A stretch of DNA of 64,000 nt from Eledone cirrhosa (lineage: Eukaryota). Positions 23,076 through 35,538 of this stretch are shown here, one piece after another (the first letter of the stretch is position 1; every line of letters begins with the position of its first letter). The stretch spans positions 11,656,001-11,720,000 of the forward strand of contig OZ024740.1 in the NCBI GenBank assembly GCA_964016885.1, given 5' to 3'. Both the position numbers and the translations under genes were made by a program. Under the pieces are notes generated by a model. That model was not told the origin of the DNA. It did not search any database and worked only from the letters and a program-made list of their open reading frames with translations.

Positions 23076-25195
23076 GTTAATTTGTATTCCAATGTTACTA
23101 AGTAGTTGCATTGGATGGAGTCAACTGACGTCAGAGATTGCTCAACGTATAATAAAGTGTGTTTTAAAATCCGGAGAAAATATGGAGAAAAAATTTACGA
23201 AATGGAAATGCGGGTATATAGAATTTATTAGGTAACAATTGTTTCTATAGTGTATGGGTTACCTATACCTCGCTATTTGAATAATACACAAATATTATCA
23301 TAAACCGAAGGTACACTGTAAGCCAACACACCATGTCATCAGACCTTTGTATTAGAATGATATGAAAATATTTTATACACTAGATAAAAGATAAAGAAGG
23401 AGGTAGGAAGAGAAGGGGAAGAGGGAAGTGAGTAAGGTGGAGGGAGTCTTAGGATTTAAGACTGTCAGACTAGTAGAGATTGTGAAGAGAGATTGTTTTG
23501 GCAGCAGTTAGCTTAATGAGGCGTGCTAAGTTTGGCTGGGAAGTAGATTCTTCTAGTGGTGTTGTTCGGACAAAATTTAGTTAAAGGGGTCAAAGTGGTA
23601 CAGTGTCACAGACAAGTTATTAGGGCTATTATAGTAGCAGGTTATTTCTAAAGGGGTCCAGAAAAACAGTGTTTAGTACTATTATTATAGAAAGCCATAT
23701 CTTGTGTATAAACATATAAGACAGAAATTTGCAAACGTTGGTGTAAAAACGTAACATTATATGCATTTAAAAAAAGAAAAAGTCGTCGTTTTCAAACGAT
23801 GGTTACAGTATAGAGAACGTTCAATTTTGCTGTTCAAAAGTTTGTTTACCGACGTTAAAATGCAGTATATCTCTAAATTGCATAACGTGCAGAGTCGATG
23901 ATTTTGCTGATATGCAGGCGCAGCTGCAATAATATGCCAATCAAGGGAGAACGCTTGATTGTTCCTCCGAAGCTGCCAGGCTTTATCGGCGAGGGTTGTT
24001 ACGGAGCGCATTTTCTCGTACCTGATCGAAGATCGATGTTGGTATAGGCGAGCCTTGAAAGAAGTTGCGGTACATCCGACGTAATACCATTTGTTGGTCC
24101 CGGAATTTATTGTACACCGGTAGACAATATTGCGTGCTAGGCACTGGTTATTCAGTGGGCACGTACCTGGTTTGGTGCAGTTACAACTATTTTTATGTTT
24201 TGCAGTAGAATCCTGGATAGTTTGGTGGGGTTGTGGTTGCGTGTTAGTGCGTTGTATGTTGCTATGCTGGTGCGCTGAGTCATTAGGGATGTACTTATTC
24301 AGTATTGCTGAGTTGAGTTTTCTAATTAGTTATTCTATGTTAGGTGCAGTGGAGTATGAGAGTCTAATGGTGCGCGAGTTAAAGATTTTATAGTATTTAT
24401 GTGAAGTTGTAAAGTGTTTATTGATTAGTGTATAGAATTGTGAGATAATCTTAGTGCTAATAGAAGAATTGTACATGGGGTTATACCATATGTACTCTCT
24501 ACGTCTGACTCTATTTGCTGGTTTGCACCTGTTAGTATGCCTATTGATGTGTGTGTGTGGTGCAATACTAGTTCGACTTAGATGTGTTTTATTCATAGTA
24601 CTTATGTGGTTATCGTCTAGATATTCAATTTTCTCGCAGTAACCAGCTTTTCTAAGTGCGTCATTATAATATTCAGCATGCTCGTTGAAGGTCTGAAAAT
24701 TAGACGACAGTCGGGAGATCCTTATGGATATATTTTTAGGGATAGATTTAATAATGGAATGAGGATGGTTCGATTTTACATTAACGTACTTAAGATTTTC
24801 GTTAAGTTTGTGAAATGGCTCTATATTACCGTTATTAAGGTTAAAGGTAACATCCAAGAAGTTGACCACCTTAAGATTGTGTTCGAAGGTAATATTAAGC
24901 CCTAGTTCTAAGAAAAGTTTCCTAATGTTTTTACGTCGCCTTTCTAGGTTTTGTTTGTTCATATTCTTGACTAATAGAAGTGTATCGTCGCGGTATATTC
25001 CGCCGTGGAGGTCCGTAAATTCGCTCTGGAGTCTATGGGCTATATAGATCCCAACCAAATCCATGACCTCCGCCGAATCATTAGAACCCATCGTAATGTC
25101 GAATTCCGAGGGTCTATCCCTGCGGACCCAATAACTATTTTCAAAGTGCACTACTGTGCGTCTAGCTTCAAGTATAATATTAATTTCCTCGTAAA
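23075..25195 (-). mobile_element. 5'-truncated Penelope-like retroelement (RT, GIY-YIG endonuclease, 3' pLTR)
   Basis: RT motifs ITMGSNDSAE, YRDD, VNFLDVTFNL, SNHP. After one in-frame stop (24330-24332) the same frame continues CNC..CPLNNQCL, IVY...YVG, RLYQH, CTLCNLE to 23757. Confidence 0.93.
23230..23346 (-). ncRNA. Type I hammerhead with a greatly extended stem II in the PLE 3' region
   Basis: AGGT-CTGATGA-CATGGTGTGT...ATACACTATA-GAAAC-AATT-GTT/ACCT. Palindromic AACAATTGTT. The first stem II pair is a C-A mismatch. Confidence 0.7.
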
Positions 25196-25248
25196 TTTTT
25201 TCTCTCTATATATATATATAAATATTTATATATATATATATATATAAA

Positions 25249-25285
<37 letters not shown>

Positions 25286-25304
25286 TTATATTTATATATA
25301 TATA

Positions 25305-25941
25305 TCATCATCATCATCATCATCAACGTTTAACGTCCGTGTTCCACGCTTGCATGGGTTTGGACGGGGGTTTTCCCACTTGAGGCAAGAGTGGTTGTCT
25401 TGCTCGCATAGGACTGTCTGGCGGGTTTTCTACAGCTGGATGCCCTTCCTAACACCAACCACATTTACAGTGTGGGGCTGGGAGGTTTTTACCGTGTTGC
25501 CTACACGGCCACATTACAGCGTGGACTGTGTGTTTTTTTGTCGTGACACCTACACGATCTCATTTGTTTCGGACTGGATGTGGCACCAACATAACTTTAC
25601 ATTGAAAGGGGCGGTGTGGATGGGGGTGGGGTGAGGGGGTGGGGTGTTTTGATAGAGATGCCTACTGACTGTAGTAGGTTTTACTTTGTATTTAGGTAAG
25701 GCGGGTCTTCTCTATTACTGAGTACCGCCAAAGGTCTCGGTCCAGTGACATTGTCTTGGAGAGGTGTAAGCGTGTGAGGTCGGAATTTATCAAGTCGTCC
25801 CAGGTTTTCCTGGGTCTGCCTACTCCGTGGCTACCGTCTATTTTTATTGCCCTGCACTTTGTTATACAGCTGTCGTCTTTCATGCGCATCACGTGACCAT
25901 ACCAGCGTAGCCTTCTCTCGAGTAAACAACATCTGATTACC
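25305..25941 (-). mobile_element. RTE family A, 3' fragment
   Basis: IRCCLLERRLRWYGHVMRMKDD, 3' UTR and (GAT)n tail. Confidence 0.9.
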
Positions 25942-26219
25942 TCAGCTAGATTCCTCACAGGCAAGAACAAAGGTACCAATTCTACTAGGGAGGTAACGAA
26001 GATGGGGGTATGCTGGCAGAGAAATAGATTGTTAAAGTAATTAGAATAATGAGAGTATGGAGAGAGAAGATAATTAAACTGAGCGACACAATGGAAATTG
26101 TTATCTCTTATGAACCATTGTCAGGTCTGATGGATGAGGAGAAGGATCATCTGTGGAGGTTTTGTTGCTGATATTTTAACTTCAGCATTCAGTAATCAGA
26201 AGGGAGGTAGGTGTAAAAG

Positions 26220-26700
26220 ACAAACTCGCTATCTTCAATTTGTATTCATGCCAACCCTTACCTAGGGTCATGAATCTTGGGTAATGACTGAAAGAATACG
26301 ATCGCAAATACAAGCAGCTGAAATGAGGTTCCTACGAAGGGTCTTTGGAGTAAGGTTACTTGATAGAGTGTGTAGTTCGGAAATCAGAGAGTCACTCCAG
26401 GTAGAGCCGCTACTTCTCCGAATTGAGAGATCACAGTTCTGATACTGTGGGCATGTGATTAGAATATCTCAGGAAAGAATCGATGTAGACCCCGAGCAAG
26501 ATGGTTGGATAACATCCATGAGCTTGGCTGGTCTCGCTTGGAGATCCAGCCGGATCAGTTGGAGACAGTTGCTTCTGACAGGACCCACTGGAAGGAGTGT
26601 TTGAGGACTCTGCCCCCCCCCCCCCGACTATCTCAGGAATAAGTGGGAGAAGAAGATATTTTATCTAGTAATGTCCTGTACCACATAAAACCACATTAGC
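26220..26700 (+). mobile_element. RTE (Expander/Rex3-like) degenerate 3' fragment
   Basis: GHESWVMTERIRSQIQAAEMRFLRRVFGV...VEPLLLRIERSQ...GHVIR, with stops and deletions. Confidence 0.85.
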
Positions 26701-27111
26701 AAGGCATTCTTGAAAAGTACAAAACTACACCATGATTACATCACATAGAAAATTAAAGTTTTTACTTTGATAAACTGCAAACTTTCTATTTTAAATATTT
26801 TTGCTAACTCATTACAGGATGTTAAGAATTAAGGTCAGTCTGTCAGTCTGTCTGTATGTATGTGTGTTTATATGTATGTATGTGTGTGTGTTTATATATG
26901 TACTTATGTGTGTGTGTTTATATATGTACTTATGTGTGTGTGTTTATATATGTACTTATGTCTATCGGTGTATTTATATTTGTATTTACGAATGTTTTCA
27001 TTCCTCTCTCTCTCTCTACCTCCCACGTTCTCTCACTATCACCACCTCCCTCTACTTCTCTTCTATTAATACATCCAAACCTCTTCCTTCTCCTCCACCT
27101 TTTCCTCTCAG

Positions 27112-27335
27112 GTGCAGTCTCTCCATTGACACTTCCCACTTCATGGCTAAGTCGAGGCCGAAAACACATCAAGTCTGCTGTGATGTCTCGTCTTTTAACT
27201 GCTGTTTCTCCACATATCACCCATGATTACCTGGTAATTGGTGCTGGTTCAGGAGGTTTAGCCAGTGCCCGCAGAGCTGCTGAATTTGGTGCTAAGGTGG
27301 CCATTATTGAGGAAGCTGCATTGGGTGGTACTTGT
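27112..27335 (+). CDS. GSR: Glutathione reductase exon with the N-terminal FAD-binding motif
   Basis: [38 protein letters not shown]. Polypyrimidine-CAG acceptor at 27110-27111, GTAAGT donor at 27336, in-frame ATG at 27183. Confidence 0.9.
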
Positions 27336-27356
27336 GTAAGTTTATTATTTACTAAT

Positions 27357-27615
27357 TAAAGTACCAGTAATGCACTGGGTAATTTGCTGGCCTTGTGCCT
27401 AAAGTAGAAACAATTATTTACTAATTAAAAGTATCGGTAGAGGGTCGGACGCCATGCTTTCCAGCATAGTTACGTCCCTTTACGGTCTGAGTTCAAATCC
27501 CGCCGAGGTTGACTTTGCCTTTCATCCTTATGGGGTTGATAAAATAAAGTACCAGTAATACACTGGGTAATTGCTGGCCTTGTGCCTAAAGTAGAACAAT
27601 TATTTACTAATTAAA
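27357..27615 (+). mobile_element. tRNA-derived SINE (5'-clipped copy plus a duplicated tail)
   Basis: B box GAGTTCAAATCC, central GCCTTTCATCCTTATGGGGTTGATAAAATAAAGTACCAGT. The tail is repeated at 27357-27430. Confidence 0.8.
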
Positions 27616-27831
27616 ATTGAGGGAAATGTTGACATTGACTCTTGCTTTGAAAAACTGTAAATTAAAAAAAAACTTTTTTCAAGGATTTAGGCATAAAAAA
27701 AGTTCATTTCACAACTACATTGTTCCAGGTAAGCATCTCCCCCACATCTCTCTCTCTCTCTCTCTCTCTCACTCTCTCTCTCTCTCCCTCCCTCCCTCTC
27801 TCTCTCTCATATATATATTAATAATAATAAT

Positions 27832-28032
27832 GAGTGAATTGGCAGTATCGGTAGAGGGTCGGACGCTATGCTTTGACGCATAGAGTTACGGCCCTGGCCA
27901 TTCTGAGTCCGAATCCCGCCGAGGTTAACTTTGCCTTTCATCCTTACGGGGTCGATAAAATAAAGTACCAGTAATGTACTGGGTAATTGCTGGCCTTGTG
28001 CCAAAAAGTAGAAACAATTAATAATAATAATA
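27832..28032 (+). mobile_element. tRNA-derived SINE
   Basis: A box TGGCAGTATCGG, B-box-like GAGTCCGAATCC, same body as 27430-27615, (AAT)n tail. Confidence 0.85.
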
Positions 28033-28261
28033 AGTATAACCGAAGCTGCAGCTGCACTATTGCAGATGTCGATCTGTTTATAAGAGGCAGTCATGAAGTA
28101 CTCAATGACTGAGGAATTGATGCATTTCCACCCAGAACGGACACAAAAAGATAAAGAATTGTGACCTACAAAAGTATGTTACTACAATAATACATTAGAT
28201 ATAAAATCTATCTACTGATTTTAGACAAGTACATATGCTACTAACTGTATGTATGTATGGG

Positions 28262-28293
<32 letters not shown>

Positions 28294-28312
28294 ATGTGTG
28301 TGTGTATATATA

Positions 28313-28385
<73 letters not shown>

Positions 28386-28656
28386 ATATATATATATATA
28401 TAATGTGTGTGTATATATATATAAAATGTGTGTATATATATGTGTGTGTGTATATATATATATGTGTGTGTATATATATATAGTGTGTGTGTATATATAT
28501 ATATATAATGCGTGTGTGTATATATATAATGCGTGTGTGTACATATATGTGTATATATATAATGCGTGTGTGTATATATATGTGTGTGTGTGTATATAGA
28601 TATATAATGCATGTGTGTGTGTATATATAATACGTGTGTGTGTGTATATATATATA

Positions 28657-28696
<40 letters not shown>

Positions 28697-28729
28697 GTGT
28701 GTGTGTGTATATATTTCATTTCATTTTTC

Positions 28730-28877
28730 ATTTTACATCCAATTTTCCCTGCTTGCAAGGGTGGGACGGGAACTGATTCTGGCTTGATTTCTACAGCTGG
28801 ATGCCCTTCCTAACGCCAACCTCATTTACAGTGAGGTGCTTTTTTGTCATGGCACCTCCACGACCACTTTGCAGTGG
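28730..28877 (-). mobile_element. Internally deleted RTE 3' UTR fragment
   Basis: GATTTCTACAGCTGGATGCCCTTCCTAAC is shared with families A and B. Confidence 0.7.
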
Positions 28878-28902
28878 AATGATAGGGATCCCAGTCCCTA
28901 CC

Positions 28903-29049
28903 ATCTCATTTCTACAGCTGAGTAAACTGGAGCAATGTGAAATAAAGTGTCTTGCTCAAGGAAACAACACATTACCCGGTCTGAGAATTGAACTCACAAC
29001 CTTTCGATTGCAAGGCCAATGCTCTAACCACTAAGCCATGTGCCTCCAC
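28903..29049 (-). mobile_element. tRNA-derived SINE of a second family
   Basis: Minus strand: A box TGGCTTAGTGG, B box GAGTTCAATTC, then CCTTGAGCAAGACACTTT core. Confidence 0.8.
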
Positions 29050-29173
29050 ATATATATATGTGTGTGTATATATATAATGTGTGTCTGTGTATATATATAT
29101 GTGTGTGTATATATATATATATATATATAATGCGTGTGTGTGTATATATATATATATATATAAGGCGTGTGTG

Positions 29174-30751
29174 TCATCATCATCATCATCGTTTAACATC
29201 CATATTCCACGCTTGCATGGGTTTGGACGGGAGTTTTCCCACTTGAGGCAAGAGTGTTTGTCATTGCTCGCATAGGACTGTCTGGCGGGTTTTCTACAGC
29301 TGGATGCCCTTCCTAACACCAACCGCATTTACAGTGTGGGACTGGGAGGTTTTTACCGTGTTGCCTACACGGCCACATTACAGCGTGGACTGTCTGGTTT
29401 TTGTCGTGACACCTACACGATCTCATTTGTTTCGGCCTGGATGTTGTGGCACCAACATAACTTTACATTGAAAGGGGCGGTGTGGATGGGGTGGGGGGGG
29501 GGTGGGGGTTTTGTTAGAGATGCCTACTGACTGTAGTAGGTTTTACTTTGTATTTAGGTAAGGCGGGTCTTCTCTATTACTGAGTGCCGCCAAAGATCTC
29601 GGTCCAGTGACATTGTCTTGGAGAGGTGTAAGTGTGTGAGGTCGGAATTTATCAAGTCGTCCCAGGTTTTTCTGGGTCTGCCTACTCCGTGGCTACCGTC
29701 TATCTTTATTGCCCTGCACTTTTTATACAGCTGTCGTCTTTCATGCGCATCACGTGACCGTACCAACGTAGCCTTCTCTCGAGTAAACAACATCTGATCC
29801 CTCTTATTTCTAATTTTTCCCTTAGTTCGTTTATGCTTAGCCGTTCACGTATATTACTATTACACATCCAGCGGAGCATGCAAGCTTCGTTCCTCTCTAG
29901 TCTGCGTATATCCTCTGCACACAATGCCCAGGTCTCACTGCCATGCAGCATTGCTGTTCGTATGCAGGCATCATACAACCTGCCTTTCATTTTTAGGGAG
30001 AACCCTTTAGCGGCTAATAGTGGTATAAGCTCTCTGAACTTTTTCCATCCAGTTCTGACTCTAGCTATTGTACTTTCAGAGCACCCTCCCCCACTGCTGA
30101 TTTTGTCACCCAGGTAACGGAAGCTGTCCACTATTTCTATAGATCCCTCTGCGCAGTTGAACGAGCTAGTATTTTGTGGGCACTTGCTGCTACTTATTGC
30201 ACCAGAGCACCGGCCACATATAAAATCTATATTCTTAGTTAGCTTACCTGTAATCCCACTACATCTTTTATGCACCCATACTTTGCATTTGGGACATAAA
30301 ATGGAGTTTCTACCTACGCCTTTCCTACACACTGAGCATGGCCATTTCCCGGATGGGACCGGTGCCCTATTTTCCTTCCTACAAACTAGAACTTTAGTCT
30401 TAGACAAGTTAATTTTAAGGCCTTTTGATTCTAGGCCATGCTTCCATGTTTGGAATTTCTTCTCTAGTTCGGCCATTGATTCAGCTATGAGTGTTAAATC
30501 ATCTGCGTATAGGAGTTCCCATGGGCAGCCGGTCTTGAACTCCACTGTTATAGCCTTAAGGGCAATAATAAATAGTAGGGGTCTAAGAACGGAGCCCTGA
30601 TGAACACCAACTTTTACGCTAAACTCTTCACTATATTCGTTGTTAATTCTAACCTTGCTGACTGTTTCTTTATACATGGCTTGTATAGCTCTCACAAGAG
30701 ATTCATCAACACCTAGTTTTTTAAGAGCCCACCAGATAATGGAACGGGGGA
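29174..30751 (-). mobile_element. RTE family A, 5'-truncated
   Basis: RT motifs GVHQGSVL, YADD, RYLG, plus a PHD-like finger. One frameshift near 29720. (GAT)n tail. Confidence 0.95.
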
Positions 30752-30841
30752 CGTGTGTGTGTATATATATATATATATAATGTGTGTGTGTATATATATA
30801 ATGGGTGTGTATATATATATATATATATATAGTGTGTGTGT

Positions 30842-33148
30842 ATCATCATCATCATCATCATCACTGTTTTACGTCCGTTCTTCCACGCTAGCATGGGTTA
30901 GACGGGTTGTCCTATTGTGGGCAGTGTCTGGTCGGCTGACCATGCCTTGCTCATACAGGAACTGATTTGGCTTGATTTCTACAGCTGGATGCCCTTCCTA
31001 ACACCAACCTCATTTACAGTGAGTGCTGGGTGCTTTTTCGTGGCGCCTACACGTCCACTTTACAGTGTGGGCTGGGTGCTTTTTTGCCGTGACACCTCCA
31101 CGACCACTTTGCGGTGGGGGGTGTGGAGGCATATTGTCTATATGCTTCAGCTTGTACCCATGGGAGGTCGGGTACTCTGTATTACTGCATGACGCCAGAG
31201 GTCACGGTCGTGTGTCATTGCCTTTGAGAGGTGTAATTGGGTAAGGTCGGCTTTTATCACCTCATCCCAGGTCATCTTGGGTCTCCTCCCCACTCCGCGT
31301 TTTCCATCGACTTCTAGTGCTCTGCACCTTTTTATGCAGCTGTCATCTTTCATACGCATCACATGTCCATACCAGCGCAACCGCCTCTCCTGCACACAGC
31401 ATTTGATTCCTCTTATGCTCAGTCTCTCTCTCAATTCCTTTATGCTTTGTCGTTCATGTATATTACTGTTACACATCCATCGGAGCATGCAGGCCTCGTT
31501 TCTCTCTAATCTACGTAAGTCTTCCACCTTCAGCGCCCAGGTCTCACTGCCATGCAACATTGCTATTCGGATACACGCATCATACAGTCTGCCTTTCATT
31601 CTGAGGGAGAAGCCTTTTGCAGCTAGCAGTGGTAGTAGTTCCCTAAAATTCTTCCATCCCGTTCTTACCCTAGTTATTGTACTTTCTGAACACCCACCTC
31701 CGCTGCTAATTCGGTCACCTAGGTAGCAGAAGCTGTCTACTGTTTCTACAGAGCCCTCCCAGAGATTGGTGGTACTTGTTTCCTGTGGCTGTTTGCTGCT
31801 TGCTTTCTCAGCACAGCTGCTGCATGTGAAGCCTACATTCTTAATTAAGCTTCCTGAGATCCCGCTACATCTCTTGTGTACCCATTGTTTGCATTTGGGG
31901 CAGAGAATGGAGTTCCTACATACTGAGCAAGGCCATTTCCCTGGGGGGATCTGGATTCTGTTTTCTCGTCTACTTACAAGGACCTTAGTCTTTGTCATGT
32001 TGACTTTGAGACCCTTTCTTTCTAGTCCCTGCTTCCAAGTTTGGAATTTATTCTCTAGTTCTACCATAGATTCAGCTATGAGTGCGAGGTCATCAGCATA
32101 CAGGAGTTCCCATGGGCATCCGGTCTTAAACTCCTCCGTTATTCCCTGCAGGACTATGATGAACAGGAGGGGCTAAGAACAGAGCCCTGGTGGACCCCAA
32201 CCTGTATGCTAAATTCCTCGCTATACTCATTGCTAATCCTAACTTTGCTGACTGCTCCCCTATACATGGCTTGTACCGCTTTCACAAGCCATTCATCTAC
32301 TCCTAGTTTTCTAAGAGCCCACCAGATTACAGCACGTGGAACTCTGTCAAAGGCTTTCTCAAGGTCGACAAATGCCAAGTAGAGTGGCTTACTTTTAGCT
32401 AGGTACTTTTCCTGTAACTGCCTCACAAGGAAGAGGGCATCAGTGGTGCCTCTTCCTGGTACAAACCCAAATTGCATCTCGTCTATTTTCACCCGGTCCC
32501 TAATCAACTGTGCTATAACTCTTTCTGTTACTTTCATGACCTGGTCCATCAACTTCATACCTCTATAGTTTCCTCTATCTAGTGCATCGCCTTTACCTTT
32601 GTAGCAGTTGACAATGATGCTACTGCACCAATATTTTGGTATGACACCTTCTAGTATTACCTGGTTAACAATACATGTGGTTATAGTGTGACCTACAGAC
32701 CCAGATGCCTTCAGCATCTCGGCAGCTATACCCGATGGACCGGTTGCCTTCCCCATCTTCATATCTTTGATTGCCTTACTTACTACGTTGCTGCTGACTT
32801 GTACTGCTGGCCCCTCTATAGGGTCTACTTGGGGTAGGGTCTCTTCTTCCCATGCATTCTCCTCATTTAGTAATCTATCATAATGGCTCTTCCATGCATC
32901 TTTCTTCTCAGCACTTGTGAGGGCAAGCTCACCTTTATCATTCCGGATACACTTCTCTCCAATGACATCACAACTATCTCTGACACACTGCCTCGCAATC
33001 TTGAACACCTCCTGTTTCTGCTCCTCACGTTGCAAAACATGCTTGAATTTTCTATCCTCTGCTTCCCTCTTAGCTATGTAATGTACCCTGCTCCCCCCGT
33101 TCTTCCATTCTTTCCATGCCTGTCTCTTGGCCTTAACTGCTTCATCTA
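30842..33148 (-). mobile_element. RTE family B, 5'-truncated
   Basis: NYRGMKL, QFGFVPGRGTTDA, FVDLEKAFDRVP, GVHQGSVLSP, then a frameshift, YADD, CYLG. (GAT)n tail. Confidence 0.95.
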
Positions 33149-33165
33149 CCTATATATATATATAA

Positions 33166-33203
<38 letters not shown>

Positions 33204-33204
33204 A

Positions 33205-33236
<32 letters not shown>

Positions 33237-33261
33237 ATGTGTGTGTGTATATATATATATA

Positions 33262-33333
33262 TAATTGTTTCTACTTTTGGCACAAGGCCAGCAATTACCC
33301 AGTGTATTACTGGTACTTTATTTTATCGACCCC
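33262..33333 (-). mobile_element. SINE 3' fragment
   Basis: Reverse complement of the 27948-28020 tail. Confidence 0.8.
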
Positions 33334-33619
33334 ATGTGTATATATATATATATATAATGTATGTGTGTATATATATATATAATGTGTGTATATATATATA
33401 TATATATACATGTGTGTGTGTATATATATATATAATGTGTGTCTATGTATATATATATATATAGGGAGTGTATCTATAAGTTTGTCAGAGAATTACATTA
33501 AGGGTAGAAGTGTGTGTGGAATACTCAGCCACTTGTGCTATGATGTAGGTAGTTTAGTTGATCAAACAACTGACAAGTTTATCAATGGAACATTACTGGA
33601 CCTTGTGATCAAAGAAGGG

Positions 33620-35306
33620 TGTAGTTGTGGTTGTAGTTGTTGTGGTTGTAGTAGTAGTTGCGGTTGTAGTAGTTGTGGTTGTAGTTGTTGTAGTTGTTGT
33701 AGTTGTGGTTGTTGTAGTTGTTGTGGTTGTAGTAGTTGTAGTTGTTGTAGTTGTTGTAGTTGTTGTTGTGGTTGTTGTAGTTGTTGTGGTTGTAGTAGTA
33801 GTTGTGGTTGTAGTTGTTGTAGTTGTTGTTGTTGTTGTAGTAGTAGTTGTGGTTGTAGTTGTTGTAGTTGTATTTGTAGTTGTTGTAGTTGTTCTGGTTG
33901 TAGTTGTTGTAGTGGTTGTAGTTGTTGTAGTTGTGGTTGTTGTAGTTGTTGTAGTAGTAGTTGTGGTTGTAGTTGTTGTAATTGTAGTAGTGGTTGTAGT
34001 AGTAGTTGTGGTTGTAGTTGTGCTGTGGTTGTTGTAGTTGTGGTTGTTGTGGTTGTAGTTGTTGTGGTTGTAGTAGTTGTGGTTGTAGTTGTGGTTGTTG
34101 TGGTTGTAGTAGTTGTGGTTGTAGTTGTTGTGGTTGTAGTTGTGGTTGTAGTAGTAGTTGTGGTTGTAGTAGTTGTAGTTGTGGTTGTAGTTGTAGTTGT
34201 TGTTGTTGTGGTTGTAGTAGTAGTTGTGGTTGTTGTAGTTGTAGTTGTTGTTGTGGTTGTAGTTGTTGTAGTTGTGGTTGTAGTTGTTGTGGTTGTAGTA
34301 GTAGTTGTGGTTGTTGTGGTTGTAGTTGTTGTGGTTGTAGTTGTAGTAGTGGTTCTAGTTGTTGTAGTTGTGGTTGTAGTAGTTGTAGTTGTAGTAGTGG
34401 TTGTAGTTGTTGTTGTGGTTGTAGTTGTTGTGGTTGTTGTAGTAGTGGTTCTAGTTGTTGTGGTTGTAGTTGTTGTAGTTGTAGTAGTGGTTGTAGTTGT
34501 TGTAGTTGTTGTAGTTGTTGTAGTTGTAGTAGTAGTTGTGGTTGTTGTTGTGGTTGTAGTTGTAGTAGTGGGTGTAGTGGTTGTAGTTGTTGTAGTAGTG
34601 GTTGTAGTTGTAGTTGTGGTTGTAGTTGTTGTAGTTGTTGTGGTTGTAGTAGTTGTAGTTGTGGTTGTAGTTGCTGTGGTTGTGGTTGTAGTTGTAGTTG
34701 TGGTTGTAGTTGTTGTGGTTGTAGTTGTAGTTGTGGTAGTTGTTGTGGTTGTAGTTGTTGTAGTTGTAGTTGTTGTAGTTGTTGTAGTTGTGGTTGTTGT
34801 AGTTGTAGTAGTTGTTGTAGTTGTTGTAGTAGTTGTTGTTGTCGTTGTAGTAGTTGTTATAGTTGTTGTAGTTGTTGTAGTTGTTGTAGTTGTTGTAGTT
34901 GTAGTTGTGGTTGTAGTTGTGGTTGTAGTTGTTGTTGGAGTTGTAGTTGTGTTTGTAGTTGTAGTTGTGTTTGTAGGTGTGTTTGTAGTTGTAGTTGTGG
35001 TTGTAGTTGTAGTTGTGTTTGTAGGTGTGTTTGTCGGTGTGTTTGTAGTTGTAGTTGTGTTTGTAGTTGTGGTTGTAGTTGTGTTTGTAGTTGTGGTTGT
35101 GGTTGTAATTGTGTTTGTAGGTGTGATTGTGCTTGTAGTTGTGGTTGTAGTTGTCGTTGTTGTTGTGTTTGTAGTTGTAGTTGTGGTTGTAGGTGTGTTT
35201 GTAGTTGTGGTTTTAGTTGTAGTTGTGGTTGTAGTTGTGTTTGTAGGTGTGTTTGTAGTTGTGGTTGTAGTTGTGTTTGTAGGTGTGGTTGTAGTTGTGG
35301 TTGTTG
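33620..35306. repeat. Imperfect (GTT/GTA/GTG)n trinucleotide array, ~1.7 kb
   Basis: Directly visible; it produces spurious poly-Val and poly-Cys ORFs. Confidence 0.97.
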
Positions 35307-35538
35307 CTTACACAATAACAAAATATAAACAAAAGTATTCATTTCGCGAGAAAGTATTGACTTTCTTCGTAAGGAAAAAAACCCTCGTAATGTATGACAA
35401 ATTTTTTTTATAAGCACAAAATCTAGACACCATTCCGAGACCGAGGTATTCTGTACTTCTCTGTACTGTTTCAGAAAGGAGGGATAAACATGCCAATGAC
35501 TGTTTAGAATCCCGAGCAACGCTGGGCCATTCTGCTAG
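35307..35538 (+). mobile_element. Helitron 3' terminal fragment
   Basis: CCCGAGCAACGCTGGG imperfect hairpin followed by CCATTCTGCTAG/T, a typical Helitron 3' signature. Confidence 0.7.

Noticed and set aside
27832-29049. tRNA genes
   Set aside because: A and B boxes are present but followed by SINE bodies in multiple diverged copies; no complete cloverleaf.
33386-35519. 675-aa poly-Val and 436-aa Cys-rich (metallothionein/keratin-associated-like) ORFs
   Set aside because: Translations of a trinucleotide microsatellite, with no credible start or splice context.
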